From assembly GCF_006345805.1 (NCBI RefSeq), contig NC_043000.1, positions 77,128,001 through 77,192,000 on the forward strand: a DNA stretch of 64,000 bases, read 5' to 3'. The translations under genes and the position numbers were made by a program. Source of the stretch: Octopus sinensis (Eukaryota). Below, one piece after another: positions 1-13,318 of the stretch (positions are counted from its first letter, which is position 1; every line of letters begins with the position of its first letter). Below the pieces are notes generated by a model. That model did not search any database. It saw only the letters and a list, made by a program, of their open reading frames with translations, and was not told where the DNA came from.

Positions 1-66
1 GCAGACAAAATACAGCTTAGCATTTCGCCCGGCGTGCTAACGTTTCTACCAGCTCGCCGCCTTAGC
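1..66 (-). mobile_element. tRNA-derived SINE head fragment
   Basis: Reverse complement reads ggcggcgagctggtagaaacgttagcacgccgggcgaaatgctaagc, a tRNA-like head related to the SINE at 10872. Confidence 0.6.
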
Positions 67-131
67 ACATATTTCTATTAATTAACAGATTTGCAGCACG
101 TTCAGACATGTGTGTATGTTTGTGTGCGCGC

Positions 132-132
<1 letters not shown>

Positions 133-212
<80 letters not shown>

Positions 213-216
213 CGTG
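133..216. repeat. (TG)n microsatellite
   Basis: Direct reading. Dozens of similar (TG)n, (AT)n, (TCTA)n, (ATGT)n, (GA)n and (AAT)n tracts occur throughout and are not all listed. Confidence 0.98.
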
Positions 217-295
217 TTTGCTCATACGGGATAAACCGATATCAAGTTGTATCTCTTTGTGCCATAATGGTAATTTAAGAGTTCTATGAACCGTA

Positions 296-484
296 TCAGG
301 ACAATTACCCCCGCCCCTAGGACAATCGCCCCCGACGACAACTACCCCTAGGACAATTATCCTCCTTGGTTAATTACTCCGTCTCTAATATATTAAGAAG
401 TTTTAAATCATCATCTGTTTTCCTCAGAGGTAATTGTCACTGGAGGGATGGTTATTGTCCATGAGGGTAAATATCCTAGACTCC
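296..484. mobile_element. small degenerate MITE-like element
   Basis: Repeated ggacaattacccc motifs on the left and inverted ggtaattgtc / ggttattgtcc motifs on the right. Confidence 0.4.
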
Positions 485-1844
485 TATGAACACAAGTAAA
501 GTAAGTGCCGGATCGTTATAAGTGCTGGTGGGGTTGATATAATCGACTAAAACACCTGAAGACGGTTCTCCAGCATAACCACAATCCAAAGGTTAAAACC
601 AGTAACAGAAGAAAATAATGTTGACCTAGAGTCAACCAACCAACAGACCAGACCAGCCAATCAGCAATTTAGCTTCAATCAAAACAAAGTCTTTCAGATA
701 CAAATAGCAAGCAACCCACCAGCTCTCTATTCACTGATCTTGCCAATCTGACATAGTTTTAAGCCTCCTTCCCTGTCCATTTGGTGACCCTTTCAGCTGT
801 ACCGACTGAAAATTTTGATATTTGATCCTTAAATACATTTAACAACATTCTAAGCAGTTTCAAGATATTCTCTCTTCTTTCAGTATTTATTTAGATTTCA
901 GCGTCACCTTTAATGCAAAGTCGGGGACGGTGAACGAATTTACAATTCCTGTTTTAATCTTTATTTTGCATGCGTCAGTGTATACCAGTACCACACACAC
1001 ACACACACACACACACACTTGTGCGCCGTCTATATGTGTTTGAAATTATACATTCTGATAAAAGAGTAAGAAATAACATTAAATTGGCAATTTCAGCAAT
1101 AAGAAGTTGAAATAAACATATACCAACGCACACGCTCGCGTGCACACACATGCATGCATGCGTCTCCCCATAAATACATATACACATTCTCAGAAACAGC
1201 AGCACGCACACACACACACACATTTATTCAAATCTTACAGTTTGCCAATGAAAGAAGAGTACTAAATATATATTTTACAGTGTATTAGTTAACTTAAGCT
1301 GAATGTCCTTTTCTCGCGTTACGAGTTTCATGTTACTACGATCTTCAGGCAAGTATTATTTTCTTTCTGTTCATGCGCCATTTCCATCCATTATCGAGGG
1401 CTTTTATTATTCTTATTAGTTGTTTCCTACAATTATTTTGGTATATTGTGTTCATATATTTATTTATCTATAGACTGAGTGTGGTTATTGTTTGGCAGGC
1501 TGGTTTCCGATGTTATAGTTTTGCTTATAAATTGATTATGGAGTTCGTCGTGTCATTTGCTAATTCATTGTTATACATTGTTTCATTGGTCGGTTTAGCT
1601 GTTCGAAACTTTTTTAAATGTGTACTCGAATTGCTTCTCTGATTCCGACAAGAATCGAGACTAGAACCTCATTTCCAGCATATTCAAAATGCAATGCACA
1701 CTAGACAGAATTCCAAATTATGAGAAAAAACAAACGGTGAAGACAGAGTGGTGGGAAGATATTATAGAAAAGAGATTGCAGTAGAAATATACTGTAGTAG
1801 AGTGCGCGCGCGCATGTGTGTGAAAGAGAGAGAGAGAGAGAGAT

Positions 1845-1891
<47 letters not shown>

Positions 1892-1941
1892 GGAAGAGAG
1901 AGAAGTGAAATGAGAGATAAGGTTGAAACAGTTGTAGAGAG

Positions 1942-2204
1942 CATTATTTTCATTATTTACATTATTTACACTTGACAGATATTTGTCTTCATCTTGTTTG
2001 TTGTTTCGGCTGATATACTCTCCAGCCTTCATCAGGTGTCTTGGGGAAAATTTCGAACCTGGGTTCTAATTCCTAAGGTTCGAAATCTCCCCAAGACACC
2101 TGATGAAGGCTGGAAGGTATATCAGCCGAAACGTTGTGTTAACAATAAACAAGATTAAGACAACTATCCGTCAAAAGTAAGTAATGTAAATAATGAAAAT
2201 AATG
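1942..2204. mobile_element. inverted (foldback) repeat, probable Penelope-like element terminal-repeat remnant
   Basis: Arms about 1942-2059 and 2077-2204 are near-complementary around a 17-nt spacer; the arms carry a hammerhead core. Confidence 0.7.
2095..2140 (+). ncRNA. minimal type-I hammerhead ribozyme
   Basis: GACAC-CUGAUGA-A-GGCUG(10 nt)CAGCC-GAAA-C-GUU-GUGUU: stems I and II pair, stem III is the palindrome AACGUU, one extra A after A9. Confidence 0.75.
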
Positions 2205-2431
2205 TACGTAATTCCTCATCTCTTAAATATAGTACAGTAGTAGAGAGATATAGTTATAGATAGAGAGTGAAAGACAGTGGCAGAGACAACAGGTAGAGAG
2301 ATGGTATAGTGAAAAAAGAAAGTTAGAAAGACACAAGAGTCGAGAGACGGGGAAAAGTTGTGGAAGCTTTTGTGGAGAGAGTGGTAGAGAGACTATAAAA
2401 AAAACGTCGCCCTTTTCAAACCTATCCAGGC

Positions 2432-2709
2432 TCATGGGCCCGGTTTCCCGGTTTCTGTGGCGTATGTGTTCCCCGCAGCTGGACGGGACGCCAGTCCATC
2501 GCAGCGTTACTCAAGAAACAGGAAGAGAGAGTGAGCGAAAGTTGTGAGCGAAAGTTGTGGCGAAAGAGTACAACAGGAGTTGCCACCACCCTCTGCCGGA
2601 GCCTCGTGGAGCTTTTAGGTGTTTTCGCTCAATAAACACACACAACGCCCGGTCTGGGAATCGAAACCGCGAGTCCGCTGCCCTAACCACTTGACCATTG
2701 CGCCTCCAC
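2432..2709 (-). mobile_element. tRNA-derived SINE with V-domain-like core
   Basis: Minus strand has a tRNA-like head (gtggaggcgcaatggtcaagtggttagg...gtttcgattcc) and ctgcgatggactggcgtcccgtccag, resembling the V-SINE central domain as I recall it. Confidence 0.65.
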
Positions 2710-3669
2710 AGGGAGACTATACTACATAGTAAACATTACAGTAAAAAGAAACGCTATTTTTCCCATAAAAATCATTGACTATAAAAAAGAAACTGCCGTC
2801 ATTTTTTATGACACTTGTATATGTGTATCTGTATATGCATGTGTGTGTGCGCGCGCGCGCGTGTGTACGTATGTTAGTAATGGACTAATAAAGTATTTAA
2901 TAGCGGAGCTAATTTTGCTGAAATCAAACTGTTTGAAACTCCGAAAGTTTGCAGACATGTTACCTTTTTGATTAGACAGACATTTTGGAATAAATAAAAA
3001 CTTACAACAAAAAATCCTACATATTACGCACATACACGTGTATGTATGTGTGTGTGCGTGTGTGTGTGTGCGTGTGCGTGTGCGTACGTGCGCGTGTTTG
3101 AATGTGTGTTGTGTGTGTATCTAATTATTATGTAAAACATCGAATTAGCTGTCGTTAGAGCATAAAATACCTTGTGGTATTTGTTCCGCCTCTATTCATC
3201 GGGATCAATGTTGCATCGCATCTTTTCACTGTCGATAAAAGTACTAGGGCAATACAGAATCGGTTCTTTCTTTCTTTGTTTCTTTCTTTCTCTCTTTCTT
3301 TCATTTTTTCTTTCTTTCTTTCTTTATTTCTTTCTCCCTCTCTATTGTATCTGTAATTCAGTGATATAGACTTGTCACACTGTAACACACTGATTCGGTC
3401 TGAGAATTCAGTTATATGTCTGTGGAGTACTCAGCCCCTTAAACGTTAATTCCATAAGTAGGAGTTAAGTTGATAGAAAGTTGAAAGGTCAAAAGCGAAG
3501 GTGACTTCACTGTTATTTAATAAATGTAGACAAAGCTGTTTGGTTAATAGATACTGTTTAACACCACGTGTTTTCGCGTCCAATTATACACGTGTGGTCT
3601 TTTGGCATGTATTTATAGCCACAGATTAACCAATGCCTTACAACTGAGTAGAAGTCTATAGTGTCTATA

Positions 3670-3703
<34 letters not shown>

Positions 3704-3712
3704 CTGACTAAC

Positions 3713-3755
<43 letters not shown>

Positions 3756-3812
3756 CTGCTTTTTGTGGAAGGGAAGCGTTCCGATGATCCTGTAAATCCA
3801 AGAGAGAGCGAG

Positions 3813-3861
<49 letters not shown>

Positions 3862-4145
3862 AAGAGAGAGAGAGAGAGAGAGCAAGAGAGAGAGAGCAAG
3901 AGAGAGAGAGAGAGAGAGCAAGAGAGAGAGAGAGAGAGAGAGCGCTTTGCTCTCATGTGTTTACTTCCCTGCCTAAGGTTACCGTAGTGTGTTTCGTAGG
4001 CTTTTCTTTCCACGGATAAACCCAATCTGTTTTACATTTTTACCCCGCCTTATTTTGCTGTTTACACGTCCCAAACGCTTTCGATCCCTTTTGATTGTTT
4101 TTTCCTTCTTTTTTCTTTCTTTCGAAAAAAAAAGGTTCTACATTA

Positions 4146-4414
<269 letters not shown>

Positions 4415-4919
4415 CTATCTGTCTGTCTATCTATGTGATTGGCTGTTTGCGTCGTCTCGCTAAAATCCATATATTTTGTCGTGTTTGATACCTGTATATA
4501 TTTTTGTCAGAAATAACATCTGTTTGGCCTAGAGCGAAGCTCGCTCGATAATTTGCCCTTTAAGGACCAATTTTCATATTGCTAAATCTTATGTCATAAA
4601 TATTTTCATCTGTCTGGAAAACAGACACGGACAGTTCAGCTAACAGTGGCAGCGTTTCTTCGCTCCAGTTAGAAATGGAATTTCCTCCATTACCGTCACC
4701 AAACACATCGAACAAAAAAATAAAACATTGATACACACACACAAATATTTGAACAACAATACGCATACTGACGCAAGCTTTCCTTCCGAACAAGTGGGAA
4801 GGTAAGGCAGAGAGATGAACTGTGCAACCACCTGTATTATCTCTCTTGTTACTACCACTGTTGCAAAAACCATTACCGAATACCTTTGCAACTATTTAAA
4901 AACAAATAAACTAATACAG

Positions 4920-7390
4920 TGCAAAAGATTATTGAACAACGAAAATAGGACTACAAACCTCAACACCCCAAAAATCATTTTGCAGGACATTTCTAAAAAA
5001 ATTAATATATAAAACCCTCAACATAAAGACTAAAAATCTAGGTTCATAAACATATATCACAAGGGGCAAAAGATTTGCCACGATCGAGGTAAGATTTGAC
5101 ACGGAGGAACGCACGAAAGATTTCTCAACGAAATCCCTCGAATGCGAGGACTTGATAATGATTCCCACTTACTTCGGTTGTCGGGTGACGAGGGTGAGAA
5201 TCAAAGATGTGCTCCCTGAAATACAAATAAGATGGCCGGTGTCAGCCGTCTTTTACGATTTCGAAGAAAATTTTAACATATTAGAAATTGCTGTCCTGAA
5301 ACAACAAAACTGGGTTGGACAAGGGGTTGAGATTGTAATCCAGGCAAATCAGGACACAATAGAAAATCTCCCAGATTTGATAAAGCTATCGGATGGCACG
5401 ACTCTACATATCCCCGTTGAGGGCAGAAAGTCACGTTGCTACCTTTGGGGTAGTCAATACCATTTAAAAATAGACTGCAAATTGGCAGAACGACAGCAAA
5501 AACAATAACGACAAAACCAGAGACCCAAGAGCAAACCAGCACTGTTATCCACACCAGCGTCTGCATAAAAAATGAATAAGCTCCACGAACAAATGATAGG
5601 AACATGCTTAGAATAGGTTGTATAAATGTGCGTGGCTTGGGGTCGCCTTGGAAATAAGGATACCTCTTAAATGACATCAAGTCACAGAATGTGCATATCA
5701 TAGCCATCAGTGAGACCAGACTCCACAACCCTCAGGCCTTCCAGCACATGGACCTCAAAATAAGAGCAATATTCCTAGACCTGGAGGGTAGGCTGGTCGT
5801 CTTGGATGTCGATGACACTAATGGGTGTGCTTTTCGACTGAATAGTTTATGCACCGTCCTTAACACGTCGGCCAGATTTCTTTCGACGTCTAGAGGTTTT
5901 CCTGGGAACGTCTCGACCTTTACTTTTAGTGGGGGTTTGGAACGCTACCTTGGACACGCATCTAGACTACTTAGGTAGAGATAAGAATAGGAGGGGATGT
6001 AAATGCTTCAAAGACCTGCTCAGACGTTTCCAACTGTCTAACAGGTACCGACTGGACTGGACCACCCAAATGTGCCAATGTGGACATGAAGCAACCGCAT
6101 CGGGTCGTCCAAATCGTATTTAGATAGAGTATTCTGTAGGACAGTGGATAGGGATAGTGTAAGTTATCCACAATTTCATATAATCAGCTACACAGATCAC
6201 ACATTTGTGACTTGTTCGCTTGACTTAGATAAGAATCATAGACTGGGTCCCGGTTACTGGAAACTGAACGCGTCGTTCATGGGGCACCAGGCTTACAGAG
6301 ACCGGATTTGCACATTAGTTAAGAGGGCATTGACGGGTGCCATCGTCAACAATAGATCGTGGTGTGCCCCAAAGAAAGCAATTAAAGCAGAATCAGTTAG
6401 GTATAGTAAGGCTCTAGTGATAGATCGAAATAGAATAGATGGAAACCGAGTTAAGAAATTAGAAGAGGCACATAAAAGTGGAATCGTGTCCATCGTTCTG
6501 ACGGCGAGGTTGGCCCTCGAGCAACACTTCAACGCAAAACACGAAGGATGCGTTGTCAGAGCTAGGATGCGTGCTCTGAGAAACGAAGGAATTGGAGCCG
6601 CCCGAGGGGTCCGAGTGACGGAGGTGCAACGAGGCAACAAAGCCACCGTTAGGTCTCTGACGGATGAACAAGGGCGCGAATTACTCGAGCCCGAAAGGAG
6701 GATGTGTGAGGCCTTTCAACTGCACTTTGCCCAACTTTTCGGGACAACTGGTGGGCCAGAACGCAGGGTGGACTTTAGTGCCTACCAGCATGGTCTGCCA
6801 CGACTCTCGGCAAGAGAGGCGGAGTGTTGTTAAAGACCCATCACATACGCGGACGTTCGGGATACGATGGCAGGATGCGCAGGGGACAAGTTGCCAGGCT
6901 TGATGGTCTGCTCTACGAACTTTATTGTCATATGCCAGTCTTGGCAGCAGTCTACTGCAACTGGCAGCAAAACGGGAGTATCCCAGTTTTGTGAGCCTAG
7001 GAGCGGTGACACTGCTAAAGAAAGATCCAAACAAAGAAAACGTCATAGATAACTTCAGGCCCGTCTCTCTGCTCAACGCAGATTTGAAGATTTTGGCCAA
7101 AGTGCTAGCTGAGATGCTGGCGCTTGTCATCGAGAAACTGGTCGATAAGGCGCAAACATGCGCTGTGTTGGGCAAGTGTATCCATGACAACCTCCATCGG
7201 ATGCGCTGCATCATATAGAGGGTAGTTAAGGAACGTGGCATGGGTGGGGCGCTGATCAATTTGGATCAATCGAAAACTTTCGATAGAGTCGACTATCGTT
7301 ACTTAGTAGCTGGTTTCGGTCCCGTCTTCCTCGGTTGGATCGCTGCCTTATACAGTAGCATCCGCTCGATTGTTCGCGCAAATGGTGAGT
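4920..7390 (+). mobile_element. Tx1/L1-clade LINE, degenerate and 3'-truncated (ORF1 zinc knuckle, APE endonuclease, RT N-half)
   Basis: ORF1 remnant VEGRKSRCYLWGSQYHLKIDC; APE start GCINVRGL...IIAISETRL; GPGYWKLNAS; RT FRPVSLLNADLKILAKVLA and AQTCAV; many stops and frameshifts. Confidence 0.9.
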
Positions 7391-7670
7391 GAGACACTAA
7401 AATAATACGAAGCGGTAACGGGGGCGAAAATTAATTCGGAAAAGTGGGATGATCTCACACTACTTTTGCTCGTGATCAGAGATGCACATATCGTCAGCCA
7501 CTAGGGGACATGTTCAACTGGTTATTGTCAAGAAAATGACAAGCAAATCTGTGGTATTGAGCTGAATATTTGTTGTAGCCCATCTTTTATACCAAGACAA
7601 AACAATGTACATGAAAACACTTCCTGTCGGTTAAGATCAGAAGCCATGAGAGCCTGGTACTGCATCAGGG

Positions 7671-7719
<49 letters not shown>

Positions 7720-7939
7720 TTATTATTATTATTATTATATTATTATTATTATTATATTATTATTATTATTATTATTATCATCATTATTATTATATTTGCT
7801 GCAAAGCACATCGAACGTGTTTTCGAACGCTCCAAGTAAGTTCAGTTCAAAATATGTACTTACATCAGGATTGGTGTCTTTTTTGCAATATTTAGTTTAT
7901 TTCAAGTTGTGAATAGAAGCACCAGGAACCTATTATTGT

Positions 7940-9090
7940 TTTTTTTTTATGGTTGTGTAGCTCCCACAGGGGCGAATTTCGGCCCACCGAATTTATTCGG
8001 TGGGTGTTAAAATTTAATGGAACTAATACAACTCAACAAGATGGCGGAGCGCGTCTTGAAAGATTTGAGGAAAAACAAAACAAACCCTCCTACCAATATA
8101 GTAATAGATGAAGACTTCCCTCCCCTCCCTCTGTAACGGGCAACATTACAGGGAAGGGGGGGAGAAGGAGAACAAGACTGTCTGGAAGGTTGCCAGGCAC
8201 TCACTGCCCTCTACCGGGCAGGCAATGCGATCAGTGGAACATCCACTCTTGAGTTCTATAGAGGGTTAGTGAAGGGGAAGAGCGATGACGCACTTGGAGA
8301 AACGCTAGGCGTTGACGAAATCGAACTAACCAGTCTGTTCAGGAGGACTTTAGAGCCGGGGACGATGGATAACTTCCAGAAATCCCTAGCTTGACAGTGC
8401 TACCAGTTCGAGATAAACTCTTCAGGCACGGAAGTGCTGTCAGATGGACCTGCCCGAGATGCGCGCAGTGCGACGAAACCGTTCTGCTCGTACTCGTCCA
8501 GTGTCCTTGCATTACTGACTTGTGGAGTTATGTTGAACAGCTGTTATCACATGTAGGACGGATCCGGTTATCGGCCGAGTCCATAGTGAAGATTGATCCG
8601 CCGCTTTTCCTCGGTTCGGAAGGGCAGGCAATTTTCCTCTGTCTGATAGCAGTAGCGAAAGAGGTTGTATGGTGGACCAGGTTGAAAGGACTGAAGATAG
8701 ACACATTTTTTTCAGCCAATCATTCAACTTTTTCAAATTTCATTTGGAAAGGAAGATGAGGGTGGAGAGATTTGCTAAAACGTGGGTGAATGTAGCGAAA
8801 ATGGCACGTGTGAGTGGACCTACTCTAATAATGCGCCTATAGGCTAGTGAATTTGAGAGGGTGGAGGGTGCTCTTCCCAGAAGCCCTCGAAGCGTCGAAT
8901 GGTTCAGGATTGGTAGGGTACCTGAGCCAACTCCACGTGGTTACCTCACCGCCCCATTGGGGAACTTTCTTTGTTATATTCCTTTGTTGGATATCATTGT
9001 TATTGTTTTAATTGTGTACTTGTTGTTTCTGTGTAAAATCCCCACTGTCCATGTCTACTGTATGTTGGCCCTAGTGGCTAACAAATGAAA
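7940..9090 (+). mobile_element. Tx1-clade LINE with large internal deletion (ORF1 start fused to ORF2 C-terminus plus 3' UTR)
   Basis: ORF1-like start MELIQLNKMAERVLKDLRK (8017) joins near 8185 to sequence homologous to the 42087-43220 ORF (FYRGLV, CPRCAQCDETV); ends gccctagtggctaacaaatgaaa at the (AAT)n tract. Confidence 0.8.
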
Positions 9091-9095
9091 TAATG

Positions 9096-9132
<37 letters not shown>

Positions 9133-9161
9133 TAACAATAATAATAATAATAATAATAATG

Positions 9162-9195
<34 letters not shown>

Positions 9196-9222
9196 CAATA
9201 ATTTATAATAATTATAATAATG
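9090..9222. repeat. (AAT)n tract shared by two convergent LINE 3' ends
   Basis: Direct reading. Confidence 0.95.
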
Positions 9223-9224
9223 AT

Positions 9225-10852
9225 GCTCCGATAACAATAGAGACAACTTTTATGTTAGACTCTCGTAACTGCCACATCTTAGCGATCTCAATTCTCAGGT
9301 TTCCATAGTTATCGGTCTTTTCTCTTTCTTTCATGATAATATGTTGATCACCTGGCACTGCCACGTCAATTATTAGTCACTCTTGTTTGTCTCTCCTAAA
9401 GGTTACTATATCCGGCTTTCGGTGCTCTAATACCTTGACTGTCTGGAAGTCAAAGAATTGGAGGATTTTTGCCATCCCTTTTCGTCCATTATCTTTTCTG
9501 GTGTAGGTTGATACCAAGCAATCGTTACCTCGTATTAATACTTACGGCATTAATACTCAGTGAAGGTTTTGGACTACCTTGTCGCACCTGCGCTTGTACT
9601 CTTTCTGCGCAAGACTTTCCCAAGCACTAACAATGTGAGTCACGCTTTCGACCCTCTTCTCACACATTCTGCAGAGGTTAGTTGCACTTGTGTAGTATAT
9701 ATCCCTTTTCACTGAGTTGGTATTCAATGCGTGATCATGAGCAGCGATGATTAGGCTTTCAGTATTCTTTTTTTCTGGTCACCCTTGCTGGACCACCTCC
9801 ATGATGTTTCCTGGTCTTTTAAGTTGTTAGTTTCACGGTGGAACTGACCATGTAATTCAATGCGGTGTAGGGTTTTTCTCTCTCTTTGGCTGTTCGTGAT
9901 CGGAATTCATAAGCGCCATCAAGTCCATTTTTGGTAAATCCTCATGCATCAGCAGCGTACTGTAGTAGTTCTTGTTTACTGTTGGACAAATATTCTGCCA
10001 TATTTCTTCTTTCACTGTTGATGTGCTCCCGTACGCTAATCAACCCACGTCCACCTTTGCCTCTCTTCCTGTAGAGCCTGTGTACATTCGCTTTAGGGTG
10101 GAGGGCACTATGCATTGTCATTGTCTTTCGGGTAGCGCAATCGAGTTAGTCAATCTCCACTTGTGTCCATCTCAGGATGGGTGCACTATAGCAGACTTCA
10201 GCAACGGCCCATATGTTGATGGCAGTCACACGGTTCCTTGAGTTGAGTTTTGATTTCAAGAGAAGTTTGAGGCGCTTGAAATACGCAGTAATGACCTTGT
10301 CTTTCATTTCTCTGTACAAGATATTGTCCATCTCCAGGATCCCAAGGTACTTGTACCCATTATCATCCGGATCTTCCATTTTCTCTCCTTTTGACAATTC
10401 TATGCTCCTACAATCTGCTCTTTTCCCCCGTTTCAAAATGAGCACCGCAATCTTAAAGATACCGAATTACATACCTATATCCTTGATGCACATCTGCACA
10501 GTCTCAACCAGCCTCTCCATTTCAGGCTCTGTTTTTGCGAACAGTTTTAAATCATCCATGAAGAGAAGGTGATTGAGACGAGCTCCATTCTTTCTCAGCT
10601 CATAATGCGCATTGGCTTTGCGTAGGACTACAGAAAGTAGGATCAAAGCTATAACAAATAACAAAGGTGAACAAGAGTCTCCCTGGAAAATACCTCTTGA
10701 TTGTTACCTTGGCTAAGTGTTGGTTGTTACAGAAAAGACTTGTTTTCCAACTAGGCATGCTGTTCTTAATCAGTGCGCATACGTTCTCAGCTATTCCACA
10801 AATGTCGAGTGTTTCCAAAATCCACGAATGCGGCAACATGTCGTAAGCCTTT
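9225..10852 (-). mobile_element. R4/Dong-clade (RLE) LINE, 5'-truncated, degenerate
   Basis: KAYDMLPHSWILETL, LNHLLFMDDLKLFAK, YKYLGILE, RLKLLLKSKLNSRN; RPDI and IIDVAVPGD endonuclease motifs near 9350-9420; (TTA)n on both flanks. Confidence 0.9.
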
Positions 10853-10871
10853 GTTATTATTATTAGTATTA

Positions 10872-11065
10872 TTACGCCGAGCAAAATGCGTAACGGCATC
10901 TCGTCCGTCGCTACGTTCTGAGTTCAAATTCCGCTGAGGTCGATTTTGTCTTTCATCCTTTCGGGTCGATAAATTAAGTACCAGTAAAAAACTGGGTTCG
11001 ATGTAATTGACAAGTCCCGTCTTCCAAATTTCAGGCCTTGTGCATTTTGTAGAAAGGATTATTAT
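10872..11065 (+). mobile_element. tRNA-derived SINE (second family)
   Basis: gttctgagttcaaattccgctgaggtcg B-box-like region, then ctttcatcctttcgggtcgataaattaagtaccag; (ATT)n tail. Confidence 0.8.
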
Positions 11066-12825
11066 TATTATTTTGCGAGGGCAGGAGCAAATAGATGTTG
11101 ATTCGAAAACTCAGCGATTTTTATAATTACATATATTCTAATTTACATTATAAATTAATTTTGTATATTTTATAACTGACGCAATATGTATGTACATATA
11201 AATATGTATCTACCTATGTATGAGTGTCCACACACACACAATATATATATATATATGTTAACACATTTTTTATAAAAGCAATGAGGAAAGTAATTTTAGA
11301 GCAGGAGATTAAATATACATAAATTTTAATTTTTTAAGAGTTAACACGTATCGATTATTCATTTTGTTTAAAGTAAATGTAGTTACTAATAGAGGGTGCT
11401 GATGATCAAAGAGACTAGAAAGTGAGTGCTTTATGTTAGGATTAAATAAACATAACACAATTATAGTAGGAGGAATCAATTATTTGAAGTTGGCAAATGT
11501 TATTCTTGTTGTTTATACCTCCAGATTATCCTGGATGATCATGGTTCAAAAATATTCCATCCATGACCATCTCGTCTCTTATTCAAACTGTATATACTGT
11601 ACATAGATCCACATTACCCAGTGTCCTTCCATTTGAGAGAGAGATTTGGTTACTGTGTGTAGCAGGTCAGTTGACCGCGTGATACTTCCTTGCAAGCTCA
11701 TAGGCACCATGATGTTATTGTTGTTTAGCCCCAGGTCAACCCTAACCACCTCATTTATTTATCTAGAGGTTATTTAACTAGAAATACATTATTTAATGTT
11801 AGCCTCATTTTTAAGGCTGTGAGGTGAGAACTGAGGGAGATCTGGCTGCTGTGTGTAGCAAGTCAAGCGATCACACAGAGTGTATGTATCCTTTGCTAGT
11901 TCTTGAGCGCCATCTATTTCAGGATAAACGCTAGGATGATAATCACCTTTGAATACAGCAGCCGGCTATCGGAGACACGAAGACAGGAAAATATGGCCAT
12001 ACAGTTGTAATTAGTAAACAGAAGTAGTTAGTAGAGTAATGATGTAATTTACAAGCAAACCTTACGACTGTTGTTGGAATTGTTCATATGGAAATATTTC
12101 ACGGTGTCAATCATGGTAACAGAAGTTAAAACATTCATTATGTAAAGTCGATGTAAAGTGGGCAGTAGATTTTTGTCTTGAACCTGACCCTGAAACAGTT
12201 TGTGAAGAGAAGCTTTGTTTAAACTACAGAGTAATAGACATATCTTTGCTTGTGCGTGTTTGTGTAAACTGATAGACACTCACAAATCATCATTATCGTC
12301 ACCACCATCGCTGTCACCGTCGCCATCGCCACTGCTCTCACCCCCTCCCCCACCATCATCAGCCCAATGCTATCTTAAGGCATGGGCACACAGGGCAGTT
12401 GCTCAGAAGCCTCAGAGTTCTGAGGACCCAACTCTGATCTATGTATTCTGTGGTCTGCAGTCAATAAATAAATACTACAGGGCCCCGTGCATGGACTTGC
12501 CGGGAGTCTACAATGCTGTTAAGACGGCCATGCATCAGCTTGATGCCCTCCTTGTGCTTCGGCTAGCCAAGACACTCCACTTCTCTCAGTGTTGTGCTCC
12601 CTGCAGGCATTCACCGAACAAAGTGTTAGCTAATCCGTGCCAACCGATTATAAATCGTCATATTGATGCTGAACAGCGAGAATCAAAACAATGATTTGTA
12701 TATATATTCTAAATATGTTGCAACAGATTCGAACATGAATGTGTTTCGTCATGCAGCATCAGTTTGTTCACTGAAGTTATAAACAAGAGCTTGGAACTAT
12801 TTTGAGATTCATTAGTCCGGGATGC

Positions 12826-12873
12826 CTCTAGCTGACGAGACATAACAATGTTTAAACACCGGTTGTTCTAGGG
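12826..12873 (+). ncRNA. hammerhead-like motif with G12U substitution
   Basis: CUCUAG-CUGACGA-GACAU(AACA)AUGUU-UAAA-CA(CCGGU)UG-UU-CUAGGG: all three stems pair; the only core change is UAAA for GAAA. Confidence 0.6.
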
Positions 12874-12959
12874 TCCCTTGCACTAATGAATCGAGGGTTA
12901 TGAATACACATTCGTCGTAAAAGAAAAGTTCTCTAATGACGAAAAAAACGATTTTCCAA

Positions 12960-13067
<108 letters not shown>

Positions 13068-13115
13068 CCCTGTCTCTCGCTATATACATATATTATATAT
13101 ACATACATACATATA

Positions 13116-13207
<92 letters not shown>

Positions 13208-13241
13208 ATATATATATAAAGAGAGGGAGAGAGAGAGGTAA

Positions 13242-13318
<77 letters not shown>

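Noticed and set aside
1315-1356. Minus-strand CUGAAGA...GAAAC hammerhead candidate
   Set aside because: Stems I and II do not pair convincingly; at best heavily decayed.
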